From NCBI GenBank assembly GCA_934691225.1, contig CAKUSQ010000002.1, forward strand, positions 1 to 32,000: a DNA stretch of 32,000 nt, written 5' to 3'. The translations under genes and the position numbers were made by a program. The notes below the pieces were generated by a model. That model searched no databases, was not told the DNA's origin, and was given only the letters and a program-made list of their open reading frames with translations. This document shows, one piece after another, positions 16,134 through 24,308 of the stretch; the first letter of the stretch is position 1, and each line of letters opens with the position of its first letter. The stretch comes from an uncultured Opitutales bacterium (GTDB lineage: Bacteria > Verrucomicrobiota > Verrucomicrobiia > Opitutales > UBA9783).

Positions 16134-17099
16134 TTATTTTTGTCGCAGTTCTTTGGTCAAATACCAAAGCCCGATCTTTTCTAGAAATTTTTCTTTCTGC
16201 AGAAGTGCCTGGCTCATATTCGATCTAATACTGGCACAAGCGTAATTAGTATTATAGAAAGCATTTACAATTTCTGCAATCCAAGCCCAGTGCACATTTT
16301 CTGAAAAACGTTTGTATAGATTAAAAGAAAATAATTGCATTTCTGATCTTGTATACTCGCATGAATTATTTAAAAACTCGTTATATTCCTTTATATTTGG
16401 GCTATTAGCATTGAACACTATACGATCATTTTGAGCATCTTCATATAATTTATCGATATAAACATAAAAGCTTTTCAAATACAGATCTGAATTGGATTGT
16501 AATAATTGTTCCCAATCATCAAGATTTTTAGGGAAATCCATAACGTTCTCATTTAATTTATAGACGCACTCAATAATTGTTTGCTTTGCTTTTTTTATTT
16601 TTTTGATACAAGGTTTTACGACGTGTTTTGAACATATTTGTTTTTCTTGAATTCTTGAAAACAACATCGTTATATTTTCTTTAAGTTTTATAATTTCGCA
16701 AATATCATTTACGTCTTTAGCTTTTAAGAATTCCTTTAAATACCCTGTTAACTTTAGCTTTGTAATGATATTTAGACCTTTTTTGTAATGTTCTACTGTA
16801 TTTCGATCTGATTCTTTGACATCCGATAACGTATACAATTCCGTATGTTTTGAAATATCATTCTGTAAAGAATCTAAATTGTTAATTCTTTCATTAAAAC
16901 GAGCGATAAGCCATTTTCGTAAAACATTTCCAATTTCTTGCCTTATAACAATCGTTTCACGATCTTTATCTCCAGCTACGCTTTTGTCGAAATCCTTGAT
17001 GAGATTATCATAAAATACATCAAGTTCCTTACGTTTTTCGACCAGTATATTTTTTAACATTTCTGTAGTATGATTATATGTATTTGTTTTGTCGTTCAT
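16134..17099 (-). CDS. Hypothetical protein; I recognise no motif
   Basis: A long uninterrupted 321-codon ORF lying 11 nt after the integrase stop on the same strand. Only a short antisense ORF competes with it. Confidence 0.55.
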   Translation of the reverse strand: MNDKTNTYNHTTEMLKNILVEKRKELDVFYDNLIKDFDKSVAGDKDRETIVIRQEIGNVLRKWLIARFNERINNLDSLQNDISKHTELYTLSDVKESDRNTVEHYKKGLNIITKLKLTGYLKEFLKAKDVNDICEIIKLKENITMLFSRIQEKQICSKHVVKPCIKKIKKAKQTIIECVYKLNENVMDFPKNLDDWEQLLQSNSDLYLKSFYVYIDKLYEDAQNDRIVFNANSPNIKEYNEFLNNSCEYTRSEMQLFSFNLYKRFSENVHWAWIAEIVNAFYNTNYACASIRSNMSQALLQKEKFLEKIGLWYLTKELRQK

Positions 17100-17110
17100 A
17101 ATTATTTATC

Positions 17111-18229
17111 CTAAAAATTTTTATGCATTAAATTGATGGCCCCTTGGCTGGCTTGGCGGATAGTTTCGACTTGTAAGCGGGCGTAAACTTCGGTGGCATC
17201 ACTGCTGTGGTGTCCCAGGGCTTTACCGACAATATGCAAGCTGGTATTATTCATTGTCATATAAGAACCGAGAGTACGACGAAGATCATGAATACGCAGG
17301 TCTTGAAGATTCGCCTTCTTCAATAACCGTTGCCAAGCTTTCTTGGGATCCATAAAATGCCCGGAAGCGCTGGTAGCACTCGGGAATACCCACGGCGAAG
17401 AGTTGTTGTCCGCTTCTTTTAATGATTTTAGAACTTTTATGGCTTCATCGGTAAGCGGTATTGTTTGAGGTTCTCCGCTTTTTGTTAGAGGTATCCGCCA
17501 GAATTTCAATTGCCAATCGATCTGATCCCAACGCATTGCAAGGACATTCGAACGTCGCGCACCGGTATATAACAACAAGAGAAAGAATGCACGAATATGC
17601 GGATCTGGTTCTGCTTCAACAGCTGCAAAGAATGATTGGAATTCGTGCGGCAAAATGAATCGTTCGCGTTTTGTCTCCTTGAACATTTTAATGCCAATGG
17701 CCGGATTTTCCCCATTCCAGCCCCATTCGATGGCTTTGTTGTACATCGCTTTTAATCGCTCCAGCATTCGATTCGCAACATAAATTCCGCGTTCAGCACG
17801 CAATTGGTTGTGGTACAAACTAACATCGTATTTAGAGATAGCGGATAATTTGCGATTGAACCAATGGTGATAGTATTTATTGATGGTCCGCTCATCTTCC
17901 TTCCAAGAGCGTTTCTGCGGTTTGGAGTAGCGTTCCATGAACATTTTAAAAAGTTCACCGAGCGTTAATTCCGCTTTCAATTGCTTTTTTTTAACCTCAG
18001 GATCTTCGCCTTTGGCCATTTGGACTTTGTACGTTTGAGCCACTTCGCGAGCGTTTGTGACGGTCAATTCCGGGAAACGTCCTATCTTTATCCTTCGCGT
18101 ACGGCCTTGAATTTTCGTAAGCAGATAAAACGTTTTCACACCGTTCGCCGTTACCAACAAAACCAATCCCCGCTCTTTAGTGTCATAGTAACTATCGAAC
18201 GCGGATTTGCTTCCGTTGGTTTTAGGCAA
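17111..18229 (-). CDS. int: Tyrosine recombinase / phage-type integrase (P4-like, tRNA-targeting type)
   Basis: 372 aa. Catalytic residues appear in the expected contexts: TGARRSNVLAMRW, HDLRRTLGSY and LGHHSSDATEVYARL. The N-terminal arm-binding-like region is FYLLTKIQGRTRRIKIGRFPELTVTNAREVA. Confidence 0.95.
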   Translation of the reverse strand: MPKTNGSKSAFDSYYDTKERGLVLLVTANGVKTFYLLTKIQGRTRRIKIGRFPELTVTNAREVAQTYKVQMAKGEDPEVKKKQLKAELTLGELFKMFMERYSKPQKRSWKEDERTINKYYHHWFNRKLSAISKYDVSLYHNQLRAERGIYVANRMLERLKAMYNKAIEWGWNGENPAIGIKMFKETKRERFILPHEFQSFFAAVEAEPDPHIRAFFLLLLYTGARRSNVLAMRWDQIDWQLKFWRIPLTKSGEPQTIPLTDEAIKVLKSLKEADNNSSPWVFPSATSASGHFMDPKKAWQRLLKKANLQDLRIHDLRRTLGSYMTMNNTSLHIVGKALGHHSSDATEVYARLQVETIRQASQGAINLMHKNF

Positions 18230-18284
18230 GGAAATTTTATCGATAAAACCTTTGGTTAAATTTTCCTTATACTTATCCTTTTCA

Positions 18285-18303
18285 TTGCAACCCTATCGCA
18301 ACC
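18285..18303 (+). promoter_or_regulatory. TTGCAACC-CTA-TCGCAACC motif (candidate integrase arm-type site), copy 1
   Basis: It lies between the integrase start and the tRNA fragment. It matches the reverse complement of 21553..21571 at 18 of 19 positions. Confidence 0.35.
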
Positions 18304-18420
18304 TTTTTGTTCAAAATGTATCCATTTACGTCCATCTTCATAAGACACATAAGAGCATGAAACGCTGATAAATACAAGTAAATAAAAATATATAAAAATT
18401 TGTAAAAAATAAAACTCACT

Positions 18421-18467
18421 GGCTCATAACCTGAAGGTCCTTGGTTCAAATCCAAGCCCTGCACCCA
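18421..18467 (+). repeat. Exact 47-nt copy of the tRNA-Met 3' half (anticodon loop to CCA): att core
   Basis: ggctcataacctgaaggtccttggttcaaatccaagccctgcaccca equals the reverse complement of 21621..21667. About 20 further nt are similar (atgtttatgcggaatagcg vs aagtttatgcgggttagcg). Confidence 0.9.
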
Positions 18468-18699
18468 ATGTTTATGCGGAATAGCGCTGACATGAGGAGT
18501 AGCTTCTAAGGTTGGTGAATTTGTTGGTTTTTGAAAAAAGATTGTTTCAAAGCTTTGCTGTTTGTTTCTATGGGTTAAAATAGTAACCAATACATGTGCC
18601 GTCAGAGCTAAAAAAAGATAGGAATTGTGAAACAAGGAATCACTTGTACGGACGCTATGAAGCAAACGGGAAACGCTACTGCGTTAATTTAGGCGTTGA

Positions 18700-19809
18700 A
18701 TACGAGGTAAAATACCAACATCGTTGAAGAAGTTTGGAAATATTGCATTCGAACGTTCTCGTGCAGAAGCACAATTAAAGTTAAAACGAGAGTTTACAAT
18801 ACGACGCAACAAGCTGGAACATAAGCGTAAGGAAGCTTTGGCGCAAGCAACAACTACAGAGGCGAAAAAGGCTATCAACAAAAAGTACGATTATGAAATC
18901 GAATTGGCAAAACAATCTCTCTTTGATAGCGTTCATGCGCAAACAGAAACTTTGGTGAGAGAAGCAGAAAAAACGCTCATTCAAGAAACCGAAGCCAACA
19001 GATATCAAAAAGAGAAAAAAGTTTGTGAGGACACAACACGCGACTACCTGCGTGGATTTTGCCGAACCATACCGTCCTTTTTAATGGCTTACGGCACCAA
19101 AGAAACGAAATTAGAAAACTTCGATACGATTGCACCTGCTCCAGTATTCAAGGAAGTCACCTCTATTACGCTTGACCAATTCAAAATGTTGCGCGACGGA
19201 GGCGACTTTATCAACGAATCTACCGACTTGATGGCTCACTTCGAAGGCCATTTCTTCGATCCTATCGTCTTCAATGATTCTGTTCAGGAATTTTTGGCCT
19301 TGAAATTATGTTTAGCTAATTATTTCGAAGACATTGCGAAGGAAGATATTTTCGATTACATTCCACCTCAAAAAACGAACCAAATTTTTACGCCGAAAAA
19401 GCTGGTTCAGGAAATGGTGGATAATTTAGATAAGGAGTGCCCAGGATGCTTCGATGATCCCGCAAAAACTTTTATCGATCTGTACATGAAATCGGGTCTT
19501 TACATCTCCGAAATCGTAAGGCGTTTGTACAATAGCCCAAAAATCAAAACCTTCTTCCCCGATAAACAGGCACGCTTGAAACATATCTTCGAGCATCAAG
19601 TCTACGGTCTGGCCCCAACGGAAATCATTTACCGAATTGCTACCGCGTACATTCTCGGCTTCGATCACACGGTTACCATTACAAAACATAACCTGCGCCA
19701 ATGGGATGCCCTGAAATCTATCAAGCAAGACACCCTCGAAAAGGATCTCGCTAAGCTTTTTCCCGAAATGAAATCAGTTAAACAGGCTTGTATCGTAAGA
19801 CATGACTAA
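18700..19809 (+). pseudogene. Internal fragment of a DNA-methyltransferase-like gene, lacking both N-terminus and catalytic C-terminal part
   Basis: The frame opens right after a stop at 18697..18699 and has only a TTG start (18724). It contains IFTPKKLVQEMVDNL and FIDLYMKSGLYISE (motif X / motif I-like order) but no NPPY/DPPY-type motif before the stop at 19809. It is paralogous to 1..486. Confidence 0.45.
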
Positions 19810-19864
19810 AACGAGGGAATGCTGTAAAATGAGGTATACCGATCGTTTTATGCATCTTTTTAAC

Positions 19865-19980
19865 CTTCTTTTTGTCATAACTGTCACAAACTGTCACATT
19901 TTGTTTTGTGACAGCGTTTTGTTAGTGTTTATGCAGATCAGATGGCATTTTTGACGACTGTCACGGTTGTCACAGAGGAC
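19865..19980. repeat. TGTCAC iteron array, copy B (direct repeat of 14382..14499)
   Basis: The layout is the same as copy A: TGTCAT at 19873, TGTCAC at 19882, 19892, 19959 and 19968, and GTGACA at 19908. Most intervening bases match copy A by eye. Confidence 0.85.
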
Positions 19981-19992
19981 TAATAAAAACAA

Positions 19993-21032
19993 TCAACCAG
20001 GAAGCACCGCTTGCCAACGATTGCCACGCCAAAGCAAAATAATTGCTTGTTTATACTCATTAGAAATATTATGCAAAAACCAAGATCCAGAATCTGGACA
20101 TAAATATTTTACACAATTGGCATCACGGCTTGTTGCATCTAACACAATGACTTGACGATTCAGCTTTTCTTCCAAGTTTTTCCAAAACTCCTCTGGAAAA
20201 GGAAAAACAATCCTGTCTCTTTCTTATGATAATGGAGATAAAAATTTCCTTAATATTTCAGCTACTTGCCAATTCCCATCATTTTGAATCACATGGATAT
20301 ATCTAATGGTAGGTTGCAAAATCTGTAAAATGGCATAAAAGAAATTATTATCATCATCTGAGATATCTACAACGTGAATACCATTAGCACAATTTATAGC
20401 ATTTCTTATTGAAGAAAAAATGTTAACTGTTCTTTTTAAAATTTCCACTTCTTGTGTTTTTTGAGTTTTCGCTGGGGTAAAAATTTTCTCATCCCAAGAA
20501 CATAGCACTCTATCGGTAACTTTCAATCCAACAAACTGCTTATACAACCGCTGAATCTCTTCTAAAAACTGATCTACGGTTTGAAAATTTTTATAGTAAC
20601 AATAAGTTTGTAGAAGGTTTTTAATATGATTTTAATATGATTTTCACGATCATTCCCGGAAAAACAACAATATTTTCCTGTAGTTACAAAAAATTCTTCC
20701 ATGCCAATGATTTGATCGTTCATTAATTCTAAATCTATAACAATAGTTCCTAAAATAGGAAGATTGCAATAAATATTTTTAAACCTTGGAATTTTTAATT
20801 TAGTACCATCATCTTTTTCAAACATGGAGAATCTCTCAGGGTCCTCAATTTTTCTACGTGACACTTCTAAACATAGCAGAAGATTGAAGAGAAACTTTCT
20901 TGATTTATTCAGCTCGGCATAAGATAACCAATATTCTGCTGCAAAAGGACTTTCTTTGCCATTAACTATAAGAACTTGCCTAATTTCACAGTTACCGGGT
21001 TGATCTGATCTTTCATCTCCGTTATAATCCAA
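19993..21032 (-). pseudogene. One decayed gene covered by three track ORFs (152, 107 and 60 aa)
   Basis: Removing one copy of the 11-bp duplication at 20621..20642 fuses the 152-aa frame to the 107-aa frame (..ENHIK|NLLQTYCYYKNFQTVDQFLEEIQRLYKQF..). The 107-aa and 60-aa ORFs share one frame and are separated only by TAA at 20224..20226. Confidence 0.65.
20621..20642. repeat. Perfect tandem duplication of 11 bp (ttaatatgatt x2)
   Basis: Read directly: copies at 20621..20631 and 20632..20642. A length of 11 shifts the reading frame. Confidence 0.9.
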
Positions 21033-21067
21033 ACAAAAATGATATAAATTTCTACCGATAGATATTT

Positions 21068-21520
21068 CTAAAAAATACGGATCCCACAGTTTTCTTTTTC
21101 GGTTGTATCAACAGTACGAATATTTCCTACATAATTTGTCTCATATTCCTTATCTCTACTATCTACTTTGCATTGCAGAATTTGATAAAATGAGGAAATA
21201 ACATCCAACATAGAAGCATTCAAAAAATCTATATTTCGAGCAGCATTTCTAAAATCGCTTCCAGAATTCTCGTAATCAGGATCAAATAGCTCTGTTAAAC
21301 CATCTTTGCGAATTGAATCAAGATATTTAGATGCATTCTGAGCAATCCATTGATTTTTGACCAATTGATTTTGAAAATAAGGATATATTACATCTCTCCA
21401 AAACTCTGCGTCAAAATCCTTTAACGCTTCATACGCTTCTTCTTTAATTATAATCGCTTCAACAAATGTTGCTCTGAAGGTCAGGCAACATGCAAAACAC
21501 AGTTTGATTAACTTAATCAT
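21068..21520 (-). CDS. Small secreted protein of unknown function
   Basis: 150 aa with a signal-like N-terminus (MIKLIKLCFACCLTFRATFVEA). It is the first gene downstream of the tRNA 3' end. Confidence 0.45.
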   Translation of the reverse strand: MIKLIKLCFACCLTFRATFVEAIIIKEEAYEALKDFDAEFWRDVIYPYFQNQLVKNQWIAQNASKYLDSIRKDGLTELFDPDYENSGSDFRNAARNIDFLNASMLDVISSFYQILQCKVDSRDKEYETNYVGNIRTVDTTEKENCGIRIF

Positions 21521-21552
21521 AGTTTATTATTTTTGATAAAATTTTACCTGAA

Positions 21553-21571
21553 AGGTTGCAATAGGGTTGCA
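21553..21571 (-). promoter_or_regulatory. TTGCAACC-CTA-TTGCAACC motif, copy 2
   Basis: The reverse complement reads ttgcaaccctattgcaacc. It lies 49 nt beyond the tRNA 3' end. Confidence 0.35.
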
Positions 21572-21620
21572 ACAGAAATAACACGCACAAAAGCTAACTT
21601 ACGCTAACCCGCATAAACTT

Positions 21621-21697
<77 letters not shown>

Positions 21698-21863
21698 TTA
21701 CATTTAATATGATATTATTGGAAAAGGTTTCCTAATGAATGTCAAGTGTTTTTTGCAAATTTAAGATAAAGTTGAAATGACATGTAGGTATTAAGAGGTT
21801 GTAAAGGTAAAAATTTATAAAAATAGGGTTTATTTTTTACATCAAAATGTCATAAATAAAATT

Positions 21864-22964
21864 ATGTTTTATTATCTGTGTCATTTAGAGCATTACTGGG
21901 GGCCATTGCGACTATTTCGTTATGTGACATTTCGAAGCGCAATGGCGCTAATAACAGCCTTATTATGGGGTATAATCGTAGGACCTAAAATTTTTGCATG
22001 GTTGCGACGTCAAAATTTCAAGGGTATCGAACGTGAAGCATCTACAGTAGGTGCATTGTCAACATTGCATGCAGGGAAAAAAAATACGCCTACCATGGGA
22101 GGATTGGCTATTGTTTCAGGTGTTTTAGTTGCTAACTTATTATGGGTGAGATGTAATGTTTACAGTTATGGAGCTCTTTTTACTGGATTAGCTTTAGCAG
22201 TGATTGGTATAATTGACGATGGATTAAAGATTAAATATAACAATTCACGTGGTGTTGCCAGTTATTGGAAATGGTTGGTCCAAGGATTAGTGACGTTAGT
22301 GGTATTGTATGTTTTGTTGAGTGTTCCGGGGGTAGGGAATAAGATCGATAGTTTGCATGTTACTTTTTTTAAAACTCCTTGGGTAACAACTATGCCAGCT
22401 ATTGCGCTTTTTTTGTATTGGTTTTTTGTTATTTCAGGTACGAGCAATGCCTTGAATTTAACCGATGGAATTGATGGTTTGGCGATAGGTTGTACATTAA
22501 CGGTAATGTTGACTTACAGTGTGTTTGCCTATGTGACAGGTAATGTTATTTTAAGTCGGTATCTTCATTTGCCTTATTTAAATGGGGTAGAGGAGTTAAG
22601 TGTGATGTGTTTTGCTATTATTGGCGCTGGAATTAGTTTTTTATGGTTTAATGCATATCCGGCAGAAATTTTTATGGGAGATACAGGTTCGTTAGCTTTG
22701 GGAGCTTGGATTGGATGTATTGCTTTGATGACACAGCAAGCTTTTACATTAATAATAGTTGGTTTTGTATTTTTTATAGAAGCTTTATCAGTTATAATAC
22801 AGGTAACTTCATTTAAATTGACTGGACGTCGTTGTTTTAAGATGACGCCGTTGCATCATCATTTTGAATTGCTTAACATCCCTGAATCTAAGATCATTGT
22901 TCGTTTTTGGATTGTTTCTTTTTTGTGTGGATTATTGGGTTTAATGACGTTGAAATTGCGTTAA
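21864..22964 (+). CDS. mraY: Phospho-N-acetylmuramoyl-pentapeptide transferase
   Basis: 366 aa, polytopic, with the motifs NALNLTDGIDGLA, MGDTGSLALG and PLHHHFEL. Confidence 0.95.
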   Translation: MFYYLCHLEHYWGPLRLFRYVTFRSAMALITALLWGIIVGPKIFAWLRRQNFKGIEREASTVGALSTLHAGKKNTPTMGGLAIVSGVLVANLLWVRCNVYSYGALFTGLALAVIGIIDDGLKIKYNNSRGVASYWKWLVQGLVTLVVLYVLLSVPGVGNKIDSLHVTFFKTPWVTTMPAIALFLYWFFVISGTSNALNLTDGIDGLAIGCTLTVMLTYSVFAYVTGNVILSRYLHLPYLNGVEELSVMCFAIIGAGISFLWFNAYPAEIFMGDTGSLALGAWIGCIALMTQQAFTLIIVGFVFFIEALSVIIQVTSFKLTGRRCFKMTPLHHHFELLNIPESKIIVRFWIVSFLCGLLGLMTLKLR

Positions 22965-22966
22965 AA

Positions 22967-24229
22967 ATGGATGCTGATTGGATACAGTATTTAAGCACAA
23001 AATGTATAGGCATTATAGGTGCTGGATTGTCCGGAAAAGGAGTTGCTCATTTATGTGATCGTTGGAATTTAAATTACGAGTTAATAGATGAGCGTTCAGG
23101 ATTTGTTCATACGTTAAACCTTGAAAAGTATAACTGTGTTGTAATTAGTCCTGGATTTTCGCCGCATCATCCATGGATTCATCAGGTTTTAAGTTCAAAA
23201 ATTTTTTGGTTGAATGAAATTGATTTTGCAATGCGATTTTGCAAAAATCCTTTAATTGCCGTTACAGGTACCAATGGAAAGACATCTACGGTTGAGCTTA
23301 CAGCGCAACTTTTACGTTGTTCAGGTAAACGTGTAGCAGCTGTTGGGAATAATGGTCGAGTATTATCAGAAGTATTGGCGAGCGATAAGGTTGAAAAAAA
23401 TGATATTTTCGTTTGCGAAATTAGTTCTTACCAAGCATGGTCTTTGAAGTTTTTGCGCCCTGTATGCACATTATGGACCAATATCGCTCCTGATCATATT
23501 TATTATCATGAAAGTTTTCAAAATTATTTGAAAGCAAAGCAGCAGTTATTAACATTGACCAACGGTAAGATTTTTTGTGGAAATTCACTAAAAGAATGGC
23601 TGCAGTCGAATGATAACCTTGTTTTTGCTCCCCAGGTTGAACGTGAATACGAATGGTTAAAAGGTTTCCCTGCATGTTTTTCTAGAGGACAGTGTGAAAA
23701 TTTTGTATTGGTGCGTGCATTTGCTCAAGATTGGGGAATTTCAGAAGCATGTGTGCAGCGTACATTTCAACATTTTCGGCAACCAGCGCATCGATTGTAC
23801 TGTTGTGGACATTGTGGCGATATAGAATTTTGGAACGATTCAAAAGGTACCAATTTGCATGCTGTTTGTTCAGCTTTAGAAAGTTTAAAGCATAAAAAAC
23901 AGGTAGGATGGATTCTCGGTGGAAGGGGGAAAGGCGAAGATTTGGGTCGTTTTATTGAGTTATTTAATCATTATCCTAATGTTGAGGTAATATATTTGAT
24001 AGGTGAAACAGGAACTTTACTTCAAGAGCGAAGTTCTCAATTTCATGCGCAAATAGTGGCAGCAGAAACCATAGATAATGTTTTTAAACATTTTTGTGAA
24101 AATCCATTGAATCATGTTTTGGTGTTAAGTCCTGGTTTCGCAAGTTGGGACCAATTTACTTCTTTTGAACAGCGAGGTGAGGTTTTTGAAAAGAATGTGC
24201 GTGAGTTTATAAAAATTAAAAACGCTTGA
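22967..24229 (+). CDS. murD: UDP-N-acetylmuramoylalanine--D-glutamate ligase
   Basis: It has the N-terminal Rossmann motif GIIGAGLSGKG and the Mur ligase P-loop IAVTGTNGKTST. ATG 22967 lies 2 nt after the mraY stop. The track start at 22907 would overlap mraY. Confidence 0.9.
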   Translation: MDADWIQYLSTKCIGIIGAGLSGKGVAHLCDRWNLNYELIDERSGFVHTLNLEKYNCVVISPGFSPHHPWIHQVLSSKIFWLNEIDFAMRFCKNPLIAVTGTNGKTSTVELTAQLLRCSGKRVAAVGNNGRVLSEVLASDKVEKNDIFVCEISSYQAWSLKFLRPVCTLWTNIAPDHIYYHESFQNYLKAKQQLLTLTNGKIFCGNSLKEWLQSNDNLVFAPQVEREYEWLKGFPACFSRGQCENFVLVRAFAQDWGISEACVQRTFQHFRQPAHRLYCCGHCGDIEFWNDSKGTNLHAVCSALESLKHKKQVGWILGGRGKGEDLGRFIELFNHYPNVEVIYLIGETGTLLQERSSQFHAQIVAAETIDNVFKHFCENPLNHVLVLSPGFASWDQFTSFEQRGEVFEKNVREFIKIKNA

Positions 24230-24279
24230 GTTTTATCTTGAAAAAAATCATACATATATTACTTTAAATAATTAGTAAG

Positions 24280-24308
24280 GGCTCATTATTAAATGAGCCA
24301 ATTTTTTT
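24280..24308 (+). terminator. Rho-independent terminator-like hairpin after murD
   Basis: Stem ggctcatt (24280..24287), loop atta, stem aatgagcc (24292..24299), one a, then T7 (24302..24308). Confidence 0.65.

Larger units (their letters stand above)
9826..18467 (-). mobile_element. P4-like integrative-element module (integrase, Xis, DUF3987-like, primase-like, iterons, cargo) ending at a tRNA-Met 3'-half att core
   Basis: The integrase sits next to a 47-nt exact copy of the tRNA-Met 3' half. The int / xis / Walker-A protein / primase-like gene order is typical. The left boundary is not defined by any repeat I could find and may lie beyond the window. Confidence 0.6.

Noticed and set aside
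18282-18665. 127-aa minus-strand ORF from the track
   Set aside because: It runs across the tRNA 3'-half copy and AT-rich att flank and has low-complexity content. It is most likely a chance ORF in non-coding att DNA.
19967-20155. 62-aa plus-strand ORF
   Set aside because: It is antisense to the last segment of the decayed minus-strand gene, which is in frame with the 107-aa ORF upstream. It has no start context or motifs.
20224-20420. OTU-like cysteine protease call for the decayed gene
   Set aside because: It was not promoted to a feature call. The resemblance is limited to two short patterns, both putative catalytic positions are substituted, and the spacing was judged by eye only. It is kept as a low-confidence note in the findings.
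22907-22966. Track start of murD at 22907, overlapping mraY by 58 nt
   Set aside because: The extra 20 residues (MDCFFFVWIIGFNDVEIALK) are just the mraY 3' end read out of frame. ATG 22967 lies 2 nt after the mraY stop and precedes the Rossmann motif at the usual distance.
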